NCBI RefSeq assembly: GCF_049075655.1
Contig: NZ_CP157522.1
Location: 288,001 to 352,000, forward strand
Direction: 5' to 3'
Source: Methanothermococcus sp. Ax23
GTDB lineage: Archaea > AGJL01 > Methanococci > Methanococcales > Methanococcaceae
DNA length: 64,000 nucleotides
Positions 31,008 to 43,832 of this stretch are shown here, piece after piece (positions within the stretch are counted from its first letter, which is position 1; the number at the start of each line of letters is the position of its first letter). Below the pieces are notes generated by a model that saw only the letters and a program-made list of their open reading frames with translations, was not told the origin of the DNA and did no database searches. Made by a program: the position numbers and the translations under genes.

Positions 31008-31895
31008 TTATGATAATCTATCCAAGTTTCCCAATTTATATTTTAATCCAAGATATCCTCCAATATCCAACAGGATGATGTTTATTATAAGAAATACAAA
31101 TGTGGTGTATATTAACGCCATATCCTGTGTAGATAATGCTAAACCCACCAACAACGCAGGTATTAATATAGATACATCTATTGTAACTCCTATAATTTCA
31201 TAGTCCTTTCCAGATGCTATGCTCATACCCCCTGACACTCCTGCAATAATTGCTATAATTGCACTTAACAATAAGGTGTTTTCATGGAGGTATGTTGTAA
31301 TTATAGGTTTTGGTATTTCAAATAAAATACCCAATAAAAATGCACAGGCTATAACTATCAATGTGCATATTATTTCTTTTTTCATACCTTTATATGCCAG
31401 TTTCTTTTCTTTAAGCACATTTCCAATAGCACTAGCCATTACAGTATCTACCAATGGAGCTATAATCATGGCACCAATCAATGTTGGTATATTATGTTCA
31501 ATTAAACCAATAACTCCCATGACACTTGCCAATATAATTTTTATAATAACATCCTTTGATAATTTTACCATCGATGTGCCTTTATAGTAGAGCTCTAATG
31601 GTGAAAGTTTTGATGATGCTAAACCTTCATCCCTGCATGAAAATGTGATATTTGCAGGCATTATGTTTATTGAACCATAACCTTTCTCGCCGATGCCCAT
31701 TTTTCTCAGTTTTATAACTATCTTTTCGGCATCATCTGTCTTGGCATTGCAGGTAATTATTACTCCATCTTTTATTGAAGTTTTTAAAGGTTCAATTATA
31801 GATATGGAATATGCATCATGTTCTTTTAAAATATCCTCCACTTCATTTAATAGTTTTTTGGGGACTATTATTTTAATATACTTTATATGACTCAC
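31008..31895 (-). CDS. TIGR00341/DUF389-like membrane protein
   Basis: IGAMIIAPL motif; multiple TMs. Confidence 0.75.
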   Translation of the reverse strand: MSHIKYIKIIVPKKLLNEVEDILKEHDAYSISIIEPLKTSIKDGVIITCNAKTDDAEKIVIKLRKMGIGEKGYGSINIMPANITFSCRDEGLASSKLSPLELYYKGTSMVKLSKDVIIKIILASVMGVIGLIEHNIPTLIGAMIIAPLVDTVMASAIGNVLKEKKLAYKGMKKEIICTLIVIACAFLLGILFEIPKPIITTYLHENTLLLSAIIAIIAGVSGGMSIASGKDYEIIGVTIDVSILIPALLVGLALSTQDMALIYTTFVFLIINIILLDIGGYLGLKYKLGNLDRLS

Positions 31896-32089
31896 CCCTA
31901 TTTATTTTATTGAAATATATTATTTCATATTATATAAATTCCACCAGCGGTGATTGTTAATAAAAAATAAAATAAAAATTAATCGATAGGCAGTAATAAA
32001 AATAATTAAAAAATAAAAAGAATAAAAATATAATAAAAAATTATTTTCTAAATCACCAAGATGAGCTCTAAAATTTATTAAATAAATAT

Positions 32090-33460
32090 TTATTTTTTAA
32101 ATTTAAGTGATATGTCAGTTGGGTAGTTGCCTGAAACACATGCAAGGCATAGATTTTTTCTACCTATTGCCTTTATTAAACCTTTAATACTCAAATAACC
32201 CAATGAATCGGCATGAATATAATCCCTTATTTCATCAACAGATTTTGAGCTGGCAATTAATTCTTCCTTTGTTGGCATATCTATTCCATAAAAACATGGA
32301 GATATTATTTTTGGAGAACCCACTCTTAAATGCACTTCCTTTGCTCCTGCCTTTCTAACCATATCTACGATTCTTCTTGATGTTGTCCCTCTAACGATAC
32401 TATCGTCAATTAAGACTACTCTTTTACCTTTTAATATGGTCTTAACAGGATTTAATTTTAATCTAACAGCTAAGTTTCTCTCCTCTTGGGAAGGGAGTAT
32501 AAATGTTCTTCCTACATACCTGTTCTTTATTAATGCCTCGTAATATGGAATATCCAATTCTTCGGAATATCCTATTGCCGAAGTTATTCCAGAATCGGGA
32601 ACTGGCGAGATAATATCCGCATCGCAAGGTTCTTCTTTTGCAAGTATTCTACCAATATTTCGCCTTACATTATATACGCTGATACCGTCAATTACTGAAT
32701 CAGGTCTTGCAAAATAGACATATTCAAACATGCATGTTGATGCGTTTTTTAAACAATCATCCTCTGAAACATAATAATTCTCAATACCTTCTTTGTTAAT
32801 TACAATGATTTCTCCTGGATTAACATCCCTTATGAGCTCGGCATCAACTACATCTAAGCCACAGCTTTCTGATGAAATATAAAAATTATCTTCATCTTTT
32901 CCAATGCACAATGGCTTAAAACCATTTGGGTCTCTAACAGCTATAAGTGTGTTGTTGTATAGTATAATTAAAGAATATGCTCCAATTAACTCTTTTGAAA
33001 CATTTATTATTGACTGGATAATGTCTTCTGTTTTTAGGAGCTCCTTTACAAGCAGGTGTGCTACAACCTCAGAATCTGTTGATGATGTAAATATATGCCC
33101 TTGCTTTTCCAATTCCTCCTTTAAAATATGAGAATTAACAATATCACCGTTGTGAGCTATTGCCAAATTCCCAAGTGAGCTATTTACTATAAACGGCTGG
33201 CAGTTTTCAATTACGGAGCTCCCTGTGGTTGAGTATCTAACATGACCTATTCCAATATGACCTTTAAGGAGCCGGATATTTTCATTATTAAATACCTCGG
33301 GAACCAATCCCAATCCTTTATGGGAGTGTAATTCATGTCCATTGCTTACTACAATTCCTGCTCCTTCCTGCCCTCTATGCTGTAAAGCATAAAGACCATA
33401 GTATATCTTTCTTGCAACATCTTTATCTGAAAAAGAATATATTCCGAATATTCCGCACAT
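32090..33460 (-). CDS. purF: Amidophosphoribosyltransferase
   Basis: [27 protein letters not shown]. Confidence 0.97.
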   Translation of the reverse strand: MCGIFGIYSFSDKDVARKIYYGLYALQHRGQEGAGIVVSNGHELHSHKGLGLVPEVFNNENIRLLKGHIGIGHVRYSTTGSSVIENCQPFIVNSSLGNLAIAHNGDIVNSHILKEELEKQGHIFTSSTDSEVVAHLLVKELLKTEDIIQSIINVSKELIGAYSLIILYNNTLIAVRDPNGFKPLCIGKDEDNFYISSESCGLDVVDAELIRDVNPGEIIVINKEGIENYYVSEDDCLKNASTCMFEYVYFARPDSVIDGISVYNVRRNIGRILAKEEPCDADIISPVPDSGITSAIGYSEELDIPYYEALIKNRYVGRTFILPSQEERNLAVRLKLNPVKTILKGKRVVLIDDSIVRGTTSRRIVDMVRKAGAKEVHLRVGSPKIISPCFYGIDMPTKEELIASSKSVDEIRDYIHADSLGYLSIKGLIKAIGRKNLCLACVSGNYPTDISLKFKK

Positions 33461-33639
33461 TTTATCACAGTTTAAATATGTTATAGAAAATATGATATAT
33501 GTTAAATATTAATGAGATATAAATAAAATTAATATTATTAGTTTAATAATCTAATATTTAAAGATTAACTGTAAAAATGTATTTAAAATAAAGTATAAAA
33601 AATAATAAAATAATTTTAATTAATGATTTTTTATATTTT

Positions 33640-35583
33640 TTATCGAGCTCCTGCACCTCCACCTCCAAATCCACCACCTGCACCAAATCCACCACCCATT
33701 CCCGGAGTTCCGCTGGTGGGTTTTATGGTGGCAATATATGCAGTATTTACTGAGGAATGCATGGAGCCGAAGGAATAGTATATTAGAGGATAGTAATTTA
33801 TCATCTCCCGCGTATTTTCAGGTAATTTAACATCTAATGATTTCAATGCCTTTTCAACATTCCTTCCAACACCAAGGGCAGTTCCATATATCAACCATTC
33901 TTTCCACATCAATATATCCTGAGGAGCGTATTTTTTTATCATGGCAATATCTGATAGAAACTTTTTAAATGATTCCCATTCAAGTTTTTCTTTATAATAA
34001 TCCTTTTTCCATTTACCAAATAGAGTTTTAGGGGCTATAATCAATACAACGCACTGCATAATCCACGCAATTGATAGATAGAATATGTGTGCAGTATCTG
34101 GATACAGGATTTTATAGTCTCCTGAGGATAATATGTAAGATACTACTGCAACAATCACCGAACAGGCAAGCAAAGCCCATATTATTATATTTCCCGTATT
34201 GTCCATATATTCATTAACAGAATACGATGATACAGGTGAGCTCATAATACCATTAACTTCATCCCATAGTCGCTGAGCTCCTATTCTGTTTTTGTTATAC
34301 TTATGTTCTGATGCTATTGCCTCAATTGTTGAAGGTTTAAATATGTTATTTTTCGAGTATCTTATTAAGAAAGCCATAATCTTTTTTTCGTAGTTATCTA
34401 AATTGGATAAATCCTTGCTGTGTATCTCTATACTAACATCATCGGTTGATTCCCCTGGCGATATTTTGATATATTTTTTATCATGAAGGTCTAAAAGTGT
34501 GGCATAAAATCCCTCCTTCCCAAACTCACCCACCTTTCCATTGAATATTAAATTAACAACCCAGGGTTTTCTATTTTTGTTTGGAACATAGCTTAGATAT
34601 TCGGGGACAATGTATTTCTTTTCTGCACCATATTTCTTATAAAGAATATATGCCATTAATGGAAAGATTACAACCATTATGGAAAACAGATATTTGATTA
34701 TGGATAATACCCTGTTTATTAAGAAATATCTATTATTTGCAGATAGGGTCTTTTCCTTAACATTATCTACATAATTGTAATACCCTACAACAGATTCTGG
34801 TTTTAAAAGCATCTCTAATTCAATTAATCCGTTTTCTGGACTATGGCCTGTGATTATATACTCATCACCTGTTTTTGATACCTTAAAACCCACTGGATGC
34901 ACAAATAGATTTAAAATATTATCATTTTTATCTACAACATGGATATTTACTTTTTTATATGGGAAATGCTCATCTGCAAGTTTTAGATTTAAATGGGATA
35001 CAGTATTATCGTATTCTATCGGAGGATATATGCTGAATAGATAGGATGTCGAATAATCCCCTGAACTGTATTTGTTCGGATTGTAAAATCCCACTTCATT
35101 TATTACATTGTATTGAACTACTAAGCTTTTTATATCCCTTAAAATCTCGAAGGATTCGGTATCTGCACGTAAAGTTCCATTGTATTCCACCACATAACCC
35201 ACCATATCCCCACTGGACGCGCTTAAATTAAGCAAAGTTATGTGAGGTTGGGAAACTGTTTCACTATAATTTGGATAATTATAATAACTATAATCATGAG
35301 CTCCGATAACCTCAACTTTGGAAATATTGCAACCACAAATTAAAGGCACCTTCCAATCCCTATAAAGCATCCTATATTTTTTATTTTCATATATTTGATA
35401 ATTATAGGTTTCTCTTAGGGATATGTTTTTATCCAATATGAGCTCGGCATTGTAAGAATTTACATCTATTGAACTGAAAGATGAGGAGGGCAGGTATTGA
35501 CTGCCTAAGCTTAAAGCTACCCCCAACATACCAATAACTGCCATTATAATCAATACTATAAACAACTGTTTTTCTTCCCTCAT
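33640..35583 (-). CDS. DUF2207 family membrane protein
   Basis: W..FKKFL...WKEWLIYGTALGV and Gly-rich tail; adjacent to lemA. Confidence 0.85.
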   Translation of the reverse strand: MREEKQLFIVLIIMAVIGMLGVALSLGSQYLPSSSFSSIDVNSYNAELILDKNISLRETYNYQIYENKKYRMLYRDWKVPLICGCNISKVEVIGAHDYSYYNYPNYSETVSQPHITLLNLSASSGDMVGYVVEYNGTLRADTESFEILRDIKSLVVQYNVINEVGFYNPNKYSSGDYSTSYLFSIYPPIEYDNTVSHLNLKLADEHFPYKKVNIHVVDKNDNILNLFVHPVGFKVSKTGDEYIITGHSPENGLIELEMLLKPESVVGYYNYVDNVKEKTLSANNRYFLINRVLSIIKYLFSIMVVIFPLMAYILYKKYGAEKKYIVPEYLSYVPNKNRKPWVVNLIFNGKVGEFGKEGFYATLLDLHDKKYIKISPGESTDDVSIEIHSKDLSNLDNYEKKIMAFLIRYSKNNIFKPSTIEAIASEHKYNKNRIGAQRLWDEVNGIMSSPVSSYSVNEYMDNTGNIIIWALLACSVIVAVVSYILSSGDYKILYPDTAHIFYLSIAWIMQCVVLIIAPKTLFGKWKKDYYKEKLEWESFKKFLSDIAMIKKYAPQDILMWKEWLIYGTALGVGRNVEKALKSLDVKLPENTREMINYYPLIYYSFGSMHSSVNTAYIATIKPTSGTPGMGGGFGAGGGFGGGGAGAR

Positions 35584-35668
35584 ATTATCCCCAATATAAA
35601 AAAATAGTATATTTTTATATTTTTTACTTTTTTGTTTTATTTACTTCTATTTTTGTATTTTTGCAATA

Positions 35669-36262
35669 TTAGAACTCTATTTTTGGTCTTTGACTTAGTT
35701 CCCGCTCCCCCTCTTCAAATTCTAAATAACTCATCTTCTTAAAGTTAAACATGCCTGCAACAATGTTTGATGGAATAACATCGGCTTTTGTGTTGTATTC
35801 CTGCACTATGTTGTTGTATGTATATCTATGCCGTGCTATTTCATTTTCCATATCATTAATGGCATCCATGAGCTCCATTACAGTGGATGAAGTTTTTAAA
35901 TCTGGATAATTCTCAACTGCAACCATTATATTGCCCAATATCTGTCTTGACTGTTTTTCTATATCCTGTATTTCTGAGGTGGACTGAGCTCCTAATACAC
36001 TACTTCGGAGCTCTGTTATTTTTGTCAAAGTCTCTTTTTCAAATGAGACATAGCTTTTAACACTATCAACAAGCTGATTTATCATATCCAGTCTTTTTTT
36101 AAGTGCTACTTTAATTTGACCAAGCGTAGCTTCTGCCCCATTTTTAAGCGTTTTAAATCGATTGTATATCATTGCAACATATATAATTAAAATAATCAGT
36201 AAGATTAAAATTACTCCGCCTATGAATATTCCCAAAATTAACGATGTCATAATAACCCCCAT
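35669..36262 (-). CDS. lemA: LemA family protein
   Basis: N-terminal [20 protein letters not shown]. Confidence 0.92.
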   Translation of the reverse strand: MGVIMTSLILGIFIGGVILILLIILIIYVAMIYNRFKTLKNGAEATLGQIKVALKKRLDMINQLVDSVKSYVSFEKETLTKITELRSSVLGAQSTSEIQDIEKQSRQILGNIMVAVENYPDLKTSSTVMELMDAINDMENEIARHRYTYNNIVQEYNTKADVIPSNIVAGMFNFKKMSYLEFEEGERELSQRPKIEF

Positions 36263-36454
36263 GTTATATTCTAAATTATATATTCTAAATTATAATATGT
36301 TTAAGTATAAAATATTTGCAGTATTGGCAAGATATTAGATAGATATCATATAATTACTTAAAAAAATAGAAAACAACTAAAAATAAATTAAAAAAACTAA
36401 AATAAAAAAATTATAAAAATAAAAAAGAATTTTTTTAATCTTGTTCCATTGTGT

Positions 36455-36643
36455 TTATTTTACTCTTGCGCCATTTACTTTTTTGGATTTCCATGAATAT
36501 CTTCTAATTCTTTTACTTGCTCCAAATCCGCATGCAGCACAGGTTTTCTTTTTAACATGGTATGCTCTTCTTCCACATCTTCTACATATCATATGATTTG
36601 AACCTTTGTTATGTTTACCCTGGGAAGGTGTTCCTTTACTCAT
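36455..36643 (-). CDS. rpl37e: 50S ribosomal protein L37e
   Basis: [19 protein letters not shown]. Confidence 0.97.
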   Translation of the reverse strand: MSKGTPSQGKHNKGSNHMICRRCGRRAYHVKKKTCAACGFGASKRIRRYSWKSKKVNGARVK

Positions 36644-36704
36644 TTTTTCACCGTGTTTTATTTTTATTTCCTTTAATAATAATTATCGTTTATAAATTTT
36701 ATGC

Positions 36705-36920
36705 TTATAATGATATAAACAATACATTGTCTCCTCTTATAACAATGAGTTGGTATTCTTTTTCATCATTTTCAAATTTTGCATTTTCAAGTGCTACATT
36801 CAAATGTAAATCATAAGCTTTTAATCTACCTTTTACCATACTGCTATCTTTTAAATGAACAACTACATTTGTGTTTATTGATTTACCCAATGCGTCTAAT
36901 GGTCTTTGAGTATCTATCAT
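36705..36920 (-). CDS. Sm-like (Lsm) protein
   Basis: RPLD, YDLHLNV, IRGDNV; conserved position before rpl37e. Confidence 0.95.
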   Translation of the reverse strand: MIDTQRPLDALGKSINTNVVVHLKDSSMVKGRLKAYDLHLNVALENAKFENDEKEYQLIVIRGDNVLFISL

Positions 36921-37189
36921 TTATTACACCTCATATAAAACAAATATAAATAATGTATTTAAGATTTAAAAATTATTAAATACTTCTAATATATAAGAGT
37001 TTCCAATATTATGATTAAAAGTAGCTTTATTTTTACATATATATTCAATATAAATTTGTATAAATTTCTACAATATAGAACTATGTTTTAGATTTATGTT
37101 TTTTAAATGATAAATTTATATAATACTATTTTAGTAGTATAATCAAACAAATTTAAATTATCATATATAAAACATACGGAGGTCATATT

Positions 37190-38467
37190 ATGGGAATGAC
37201 ATTACCTGAAAAAATACTTGCAAAGGCGTCAGGAAATAAAACTGTGTCTCCCGGAGACATAGTAATGGCAAAGATAGAAACAGCAATGGCACACGATATT
37301 ACAGGTCCATTGACTGTAAATACATTAAAAAAAGAAGGGATAGATAAAGTCTGGGATAATGAAGAAAAAATAGTCATACTCTTTGACCACCAGATACCTG
37401 CTGACAGTATAACCGCAGCAGAAAACCATATATTAATGAGAAAATTTGTAAAAGAACAGAATATAAAGAACTTCTACGATATAAGAGAAGGAGTATGTCA
37501 TCAAGTATTGCCTGAAAAGGGACATGTTCTCCCAGGAACTGTGGTTGTTGGGGCAGATTCCCACACATGCACACACGGAGCATTTGGAGCATTTGCAACA
37601 GGTATAGGAAGTACAGACATGGCGGCAGTATTTGCAACAGGTGAATTATGGTTTAAAGTGCCCGAAACACTATATTTCAACATTACAGGAGAATTAAAAC
37701 CTCATGTAATGTCAAAAGATGTAATACTTCATATTATTGGAGAAGTTGGATTCGATGGTGCAACATATAAGGCAGCACAATACGGCGGAGAAACAGTTAA
37801 AAACATGAGTATAGCTTCAAGAATGACAATGTCAAACATGGCTATCGAAATGGGAGCTAAAACAGGAATAATCGAACCAGATGAAAAAACAATAAACTAT
37901 GTAAAAAGTGTAATGCAAAAACACGGAACAACAAGACCATTTGAACCACTTAAAGCAGATGAAGATGCAGAATATGAAGAAGTATTTGAAATTGAAGTAA
38001 ATGATTTAGAACCTGTATTTGCATGTCCTCATGCTGTTGATAATGTGAAGCAGGCAAGAGAAGTTGCTGGAAGACCTATTGACCAGGTATTTATTGGTTC
38101 ATGCACAAACGGAAGATTGGAAGATTTAAGAGCTGCCATAAAAGTTATAGAAGAACATGGCGGTATAGCAGATGATATAAGGGTGGTAGTATCTCCTGCT
38201 TCAAGAGAAGTAATGCTTGCTGCAATGGAAGAAGGAATAATCCAGAAGTTCTATAAATATGGATGTGTTGTAACAAACCCATCCTGTTCCGCATGTATGG
38301 GAGCTCTCTATGGTATATTGGGACCTGGTGAAGTTGGAGTTGCTACATCAAATAGAAATTTCAGAGGAAGAGAAGGTTCATTAGATTCAGAAGTATATCT
38401 TGCATCACCAATTACAGCAGCAGCCTGTGCGGTTAAAGGAGAATTAATAGACCCGAGAGACTTATAA
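37190..38467 (+). CDS. leuC: Isopropylmalate/citramalate isomerase large subunit
   Basis: [24 protein letters not shown]. Confidence 0.88.
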   Translation: MGMTLPEKILAKASGNKTVSPGDIVMAKIETAMAHDITGPLTVNTLKKEGIDKVWDNEEKIVILFDHQIPADSITAAENHILMRKFVKEQNIKNFYDIREGVCHQVLPEKGHVLPGTVVVGADSHTCTHGAFGAFATGIGSTDMAAVFATGELWFKVPETLYFNITGELKPHVMSKDVILHIIGEVGFDGATYKAAQYGGETVKNMSIASRMTMSNMAIEMGAKTGIIEPDEKTINYVKSVMQKHGTTRPFEPLKADEDAEYEEVFEIEVNDLEPVFACPHAVDNVKQAREVAGRPIDQVFIGSCTNGRLEDLRAAIKVIEEHGGIADDIRVVVSPASREVMLAAMEEGIIQKFYKYGCVVTNPSCSACMGALYGILGPGEVGVATSNRNFRGREGSLDSEVYLASPITAAACAVKGELIDPRDL

Positions 38468-38519
38468 AAAAGCTATTAACGATTTTTTTTAATTATAATT
38501 TTTTAGAGGTAGTGTTTTT

Positions 38520-38972
38520 TCAATGAGATAGTTTTTTACATACGCCGTTGTTAAAACTACAATCCCCACATGCGAGACATACGAGCTTTTCTTTCATGCC
38601 AATACCAATAGTATTTAATCCTGCAATAATAGTTTTATCTTTAAAGTTATCAGATATGGTTTTTAATCCTGCTCCGCATGCAAGTACTAGTATGGAATCA
38701 AAAGACTCTCCATCAGTATATTCGGATAATTTTCTGACAGTCCTGTATCGACATGCCCCATCATTCAAAACCTCGGGAATACTTTTATTTTCAAATATTT
38801 TAAAACCTCTTTTTGATAGCATGTTTTTCATAGCTCTTACTTCATCTAATCCCCCCGTTTTGCAACTTTTTGCACACATGCCACAACCGATTATCATTAC
38901 TGTATTTACATTATTCTCTATTAATTTTCTGATGATTTCATTAATATCTTTCTTAGTTGTAACTACAGACAT
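38520..38972 (-). CDS. MTHFR C-terminal-like (MetV-like) Cys-rich protein
   Basis: GCGMCAKSCKTGG, LACGAG, CLACGDC. Confidence 0.7.
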   Translation of the reverse strand: MSVVTTKKDINEIIRKLIENNVNTVMIIGCGMCAKSCKTGGLDEVRAMKNMLSKRGFKIFENKSIPEVLNDGACRYRTVRKLSEYTDGESFDSILVLACGAGLKTISDNFKDKTIIAGLNTIGIGMKEKLVCLACGDCSFNNGVCKKLSH

Positions 38973-39198
38973 AGTACCACATACATGGACTTAATTTATT
39001 TTATAATTATTTAATAAAAATCGTTTAATTCCATATATAAACTACTTAATACAAAAAAAGATGATATATGATAATTGTAAGGGGATAGCAAGAGAGTGGT
39101 CAGCCACCAACGAATTGAGCGAAAACATTTTTCTGTTTTCTGTTTCCATTAGCATTAGCATTTCCGAACTCAACGAATATACTCTATTATACTTATTA

Positions 39199-40794
39199 TT
39201 AATGTCCAATCATCTCTTCTTTCTCCTCTTCCGTCAATATTTTAACAATTTCTTCTGGTTTTCCCATTTTTATTATTTTTCCGTTTCTCATCAATGCAGC
39301 CCTATCACAAACATTCAAAACAAAGTCCATATCGTGAGATACTATAATATATGTTTGCTCCAATTCTTTTCTTGATTTTTGAATGGATTCTGCCACCATG
39401 TTTCTTGTGAATGGGTCCATTGTCCCAGTAGGTTCATCGAGAAGTATTACATGAGGCTCCCTTATCAATACCTGAGCAAGTGCCACCCTATGCCTTTCAC
39501 CAACACTGAGCTCCTTTGGATATTTATCCAATATCTTTTCTGCCTCTTCCTCAGTAAATCCTACTGATGCCAAGGTGTGTTCTGCCTTCATTCTTGCAAA
39601 CTCCCCAGGGAGCTCTAACCCTATGGATTCTGTAAGGTTGTATAATATTGTTCTATGTGGGTATAATGTATATTCTTGGAAAAGCATTCCTATGTATCTT
39701 CTTGCTCTACCTCTGTTCATAGGACCTGGTTTTGTCATATCTATCCATTCATCACCAAGTCTAAATTGATATTTCCCTTTTGACGGTGGAAGAACCCCTG
39801 CTATAATCTTTGAAAGTGTGGTCTTTCCTGCACCACTGGTTCCAACAAGTCCAAATATTTCCATTTCTTTTATATCCAATGAGACGCCATCAACAGCCTT
39901 TACAACACCTCTTTCAACTGAACAGTATTTTTTCTCAATATTTTCCAATACTATCTGCTCATCCCTTACCTCTACCTTTTCAAACTTCTTAAACTCCGTC
40001 ATTGTTTCCATGAACTTATTTACGACCTCTTCACTATCTCCACATTCTTTGATTTCTCCACCTTCAAGCCATATTGCCTTGTTTGAGAGCTCCGCTATTA
40101 CCTCAGCCCAGTGGGATGTGATAATCATACCTATGTTGTTTTTGATAACTGTTTCTTTCAATGCATCATGGACAAGTTTGGCAGTTTTTGGGTCGAGTGT
40201 TCCAGTTGGTTCGTCAGCTAAGAAGATTACGGGTTTTTTAGCAATCTGTCTTGCAAGAACAACCCTCTGTTTTTCACCACCACTTAAATCCCTTGCAATA
40301 TGTGTAATTCTATGTTCCAATTTAACCATTTTTATTAATCTCATGGCAATATCTGTTGCTTCCTTGCCATCAAATCCTGCTGAGGATAGAGCCTCCAATA
40401 TGTTTTCAATTACTGATTTTTCACCATATAGTGCAAAAGTTCTTTGAAGCATTATAGCAATTTTTTTCTTTAAGTTATAAGTTATTTCCTTATCATTCCA
40501 GAAATCAACTGAAATCTCATGGAATGTTCCCCCACATTCACATTTTTGACCATCTTTTGAAGGAACATCTACTTCTCCACAATTATCACATTTTGCAATA
40601 TGGTAAATGACTTTTCCTTCCGTAGGTTCATACCCCTCCATACCTCTGAGCATATGGAGTAAAACGGATTTTCCAGAACCACTTCTACCGAGAACACCGA
40701 GAACCTCTCCTTCATTGAGCTCGAAATTTATATTCTTCAATACCTCATTGTCTCCGAACTTTTTTGAAACATTTTTGACTTCCAACAACAGCAT
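39199..40794 (-). CDS. atwA: Methyl-coenzyme M reductase system component A2
   Basis: Two ABC ATPase domains with a Cys insert; MLQRTFALY. Confidence 0.95.
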   Translation of the reverse strand: MLLLEVKNVSKKFGDNEVLKNINFELNEGEVLGVLGRSGSGKSVLLHMLRGMEGYEPTEGKVIYHIAKCDNCGEVDVPSKDGQKCECGGTFHEISVDFWNDKEITYNLKKKIAIMLQRTFALYGEKSVIENILEALSSAGFDGKEATDIAMRLIKMVKLEHRITHIARDLSGGEKQRVVLARQIAKKPVIFLADEPTGTLDPKTAKLVHDALKETVIKNNIGMIITSHWAEVIAELSNKAIWLEGGEIKECGDSEEVVNKFMETMTEFKKFEKVEVRDEQIVLENIEKKYCSVERGVVKAVDGVSLDIKEMEIFGLVGTSGAGKTTLSKIIAGVLPPSKGKYQFRLGDEWIDMTKPGPMNRGRARRYIGMLFQEYTLYPHRTILYNLTESIGLELPGEFARMKAEHTLASVGFTEEEAEKILDKYPKELSVGERHRVALAQVLIREPHVILLDEPTGTMDPFTRNMVAESIQKSRKELEQTYIIVSHDMDFVLNVCDRAALMRNGKIIKMGKPEEIVKILTEEEKEEMIGH

Positions 40795-40829
40795 ACACTA
40801 TCACCAATTATTAAAATATATTTTTTATT

Positions 40830-41243
40830 TTAATCTCCACTATCTTTGACATGAAATGTAGAACACCAATTTGCAGGTTTAAATACACAATATTTGCCTT
40901 TACCGCATATTTCATTCATTCCACATTCTCTTAGTTTGTAATATCCGCCTTCTATTTTTATGACCTTTCCATTAATTAAAAAATCACTTACCTTTTTTCT
41001 TGCAGATTTCAGAATGTTCCAGAATACTCTTCTTGATACGCCCATGGCATTTGCAGCTTCTTCATGGGAATAACCTAAATAATCTACAAGTCTTATGGAC
41101 TCCAATTCTTCGAAACTTAGATTTAAAACGTCTATTTCTTTATTATCTAAAATATCTTCTGGTTTGAATATTCTTGCTTTTGGTTCTTCTGATATAATTC
41201 TTGGAATTTTTGGCCTTCCCTTTCTGAATCTCATAAAAATCAC
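40830..41243 (-). CDS. DUF134 family HTH protein
   Basis: [20 protein letters not shown]. Confidence 0.85.
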   Translation of the reverse strand: MIFMRFRKGRPKIPRIISEEPKARIFKPEDILDNKEIDVLNLSFEELESIRLVDYLGYSHEEAANAMGVSRRVFWNILKSARKKVSDFLINGKVIKIEGGYYKLRECGMNEICGKGKYCVFKPANWCSTFHVKDSGD

Positions 41244-41246
41244 AGG

Positions 41247-41576
41247 TTAGTCTGTTCTATTCACTTTTAAGCCACCAATTGGAACTTCTGCAATAGTGTA
41301 TCTTTCATTTGAAAGTCTTTCATAAATACATTTTTTTATTAAATTTAGATTTTTCTCATCTACTATAGTGCCTATCATTACGGCATTACGGGACATATCG
41401 TTAATTATCTTCAAAGCCTTTTCAGGTTCTTCATCCAACAAAAAGCCGCTCCAATCTTGGGGGGACATTCCTTTATATTCCGTCAGAAAGAATCCTGAGA
41501 TTCCTCCTTCGGATAAAGCATTTATCGCTTTTCCAATATTTTCCGTTTCAACAAAGAGATAGAGTAATATTTTCAT
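41247..41576 (-). CDS. Conserved methanogen protein (PII-like fold possible)
   Basis: EYKGMSPQDW motif; clustered with atwA. Confidence 0.65.
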   Translation of the reverse strand: MKILLYLFVETENIGKAINALSEGGISGFFLTEYKGMSPQDWSGFLLDEEPEKALKIINDMSRNAVMIGTIVDEKNLNLIKKCIYERLSNERYTIAEVPIGGLKVNRTD

Positions 41577-41744
41577 AATAGCCCTCCAATTATTTAGCCC
41601 TTATGTGCAAAATTTATTAAATAAAATTATATATATACTTATCTATGTAGCAATAGCTTAAAATTGCAGATTTTAAATTTTATTATTAAATTATGATATA
41701 TAATTTATTATGATATAATTATTAGACACAATTTTATAAATAAC

Positions 41745-42383
41745 TTAATGTATTATATCAATACCTTTTTTTACTATTTTGTATCTAATCCTTTCCCCCT
41801 CTTCTGAATATCTGTGCTTTTCCAGTATTAATTCTCTTGATTTGTCTAGTTTTTCCATTCTAATTATTGTTTTACTCCAATATTCAAGTAGTTTCCCCCC
41901 AGTTGCTTTGAATCCATTTGATGTATCGCTAACTTGATTTGTAATTAAAACTGCCACATTCTTTTTTTTAGCAATATTTAACAGTGTGAGTATCTGCTTA
42001 CCAAGTATTCTGTTTAGTCTAGTGTTTTCATTTACATTGTCCGAGAGCTCTAACCTATATAAAGAAGAAATACCATCGACAACAACCAACCCTAAATTAT
42101 CAATAAAAAATAATTTTTCAAGTATTGCCGACTGCTCTTCAAAGCTTTCAGGCTCGTAAATAATTAGGTTATCGAGAATGTTTTCAATGTCATTTCCAGA
42201 TATTTGTTTTATTCTTTCAATGGATAATCCGCCTTCTGTATCTACATATACAACTTTAAAACCTTTTTTTATAAAATTTATTGCTGAAATTATGCCTATG
42301 TTGGTTTTTCCAACTCCCGGTGGTCCGTAAATTTGAGTAATTGTTTTTCTTTCGATATTTCCCTTTAAAATTTCATTTAACAT
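41745..42383 (-). CDS. radB: DNA repair and recombination protein RadB
   Basis: GPPGVGKT, DTEGG, NQV, KHR motif. Confidence 0.95.
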   Translation of the reverse strand: MLNEILKGNIERKTITQIYGPPGVGKTNIGIISAINFIKKGFKVVYVDTEGGLSIERIKQISGNDIENILDNLIIYEPESFEEQSAILEKLFFIDNLGLVVVDGISSLYRLELSDNVNENTRLNRILGKQILTLLNIAKKKNVAVLITNQVSDTSNGFKATGGKLLEYWSKTIIRMEKLDKSRELILEKHRYSEEGERIRYKIVKKGIDIIH

Positions 42384-42437
42384 TATATCACTTAATTAAT
42401 ATTAATTTTGAGATTGGAGATATAATCTTAACAACGC

Positions 42438-43691
42438 TTAAAATAAAATTAACGGCTTGCTTAAATGCCTTCTTGCAGATGGTGGAACTTCATAAAATCC
42501 TTCCTTTATATCTCTTTTAACTTCTATTAATTTTATTTCATCATATTTTATTTTTTTACCGCATTTATTACATACATAACCGCTTTTAACTCCTTTTGAT
42601 TTTAATGTTCCACCGCAGGAGCATTTTTTGTCTTTCATATACTGTTTGGATAGTTTTAATATCTTTAATTTTTCAATATTTATTCCAAGTGGTTCCTCCC
42701 TAACTGTTCCATATACTCCTACAATATCGCCTTTTTTCAATTTTCTTATTAAATTCCTAAAATCCTTCGTAGGTTCATAAGCTACGCAGTTTATTTTTCC
42801 AGTTCCATCATCTATTTCAAATACTACAATTCCGCCTGCAATGTCTTTTGGATTATTTACCACTATTCCATAAACTATTACTCCCGTGTTTGGATATATG
42901 TCCTTTATTTTCATATATCTTAAATGAACATCGGTTCCCTGATTTGTTTTGTATATCATGTATCTGTCTATTTCTTCCCCGCATTTAACCATATTCATGG
43001 CATCTATTAAAACATCCTTTTTTATTCCACGAATGCCGTATAGAACTGGACATTTTGTTCGCGGTGCAATTATCTGCTTCTCGCCATCTACATTATTAAA
43101 TGTAAATGGAATAGTTTTTTCATCCATTTCAACAACTGATTTACTGTCTATTGCTCTTTTCTTTCCCCAGTTTTCCCTTTTCCTATATGTTAGGAGCTCA
43201 TATGTATATGGTCCAACTGATGCTATACTTCCCAATGCCCCTATTATACCATGTCCTTTTTTATATGCTTTATATTCTCCGCCGATTTTGCCTATTATTT
43301 CCTTTGCATAATCTACGGTGATTATATCATAAAGCACTTTTTTGTAGTAATCATCTAAAATCTTTCTGTTTTTTGTATAATTTTCTTCACTTAAAAACAC
43401 TATTCCAGGGTTTGTGTTCTCGCATTCAAAATCAGAGTATTCTTCAACAAGATTTATTACAGTTTCTTTTATGTAATTTATATCCTTTTCAGTTAGTTTC
43501 TTTTCATCTTCAATAATCCTTAAACTAACTCCCCCGTTTCCACGAGTTTTATATTTAACCATGGGGTTCATTCTTATTAACTTTGGAGTGTCCATTTTGT
43601 ATTTCTCTCCGAGCTCATCCATTAAAAGCATTCCAATATATGTTGTGCAATACCTATCCCTACTATCTGTGTCATCAAGTCCTATGAACAT
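42438..43691 (-). CDS. tiaS: tRNA(Ile2) agmatinylcytidine synthetase
   Basis: GLDDTDS, KTRGNG, TNQGTD, YEPT, RRHLSKP. Confidence 0.95.
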   Translation of the reverse strand: MFIGLDDTDSRDRYCTTYIGMLLMDELGEKYKMDTPKLIRMNPMVKYKTRGNGGVSLRIIEDEKKLTEKDINYIKETVINLVEEYSDFECENTNPGIVFLSEENYTKNRKILDDYYKKVLYDIITVDYAKEIIGKIGGEYKAYKKGHGIIGALGSIASVGPYTYELLTYRKRENWGKKRAIDSKSVVEMDEKTIPFTFNNVDGEKQIIAPRTKCPVLYGIRGIKKDVLIDAMNMVKCGEEIDRYMIYKTNQGTDVHLRYMKIKDIYPNTGVIVYGIVVNNPKDIAGGIVVFEIDDGTGKINCVAYEPTKDFRNLIRKLKKGDIVGVYGTVREEPLGINIEKLKILKLSKQYMKDKKCSCGGTLKSKGVKSGYVCNKCGKKIKYDEIKLIEVKRDIKEGFYEVPPSARRHLSKPLILF

Positions 43692-43832
43692 TTTTTCACC
43701 GAATAAAATATAAAATTAGAATTAAAGTGATACAATGAATAATTATAACTATAATATAGCATAACATTATAAAATATTTATCAAAGATATTTTTAATAAA
43801 GAATAATACAAAACAAATTTAAGGACGATATT

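Noticed and set aside
39061-39198. Slightly GC-richer intergenic stretch after atwA as ncRNA or ORF
   Set aside because: No convincing fold, box motifs or coding signal; only short slippage repeats.
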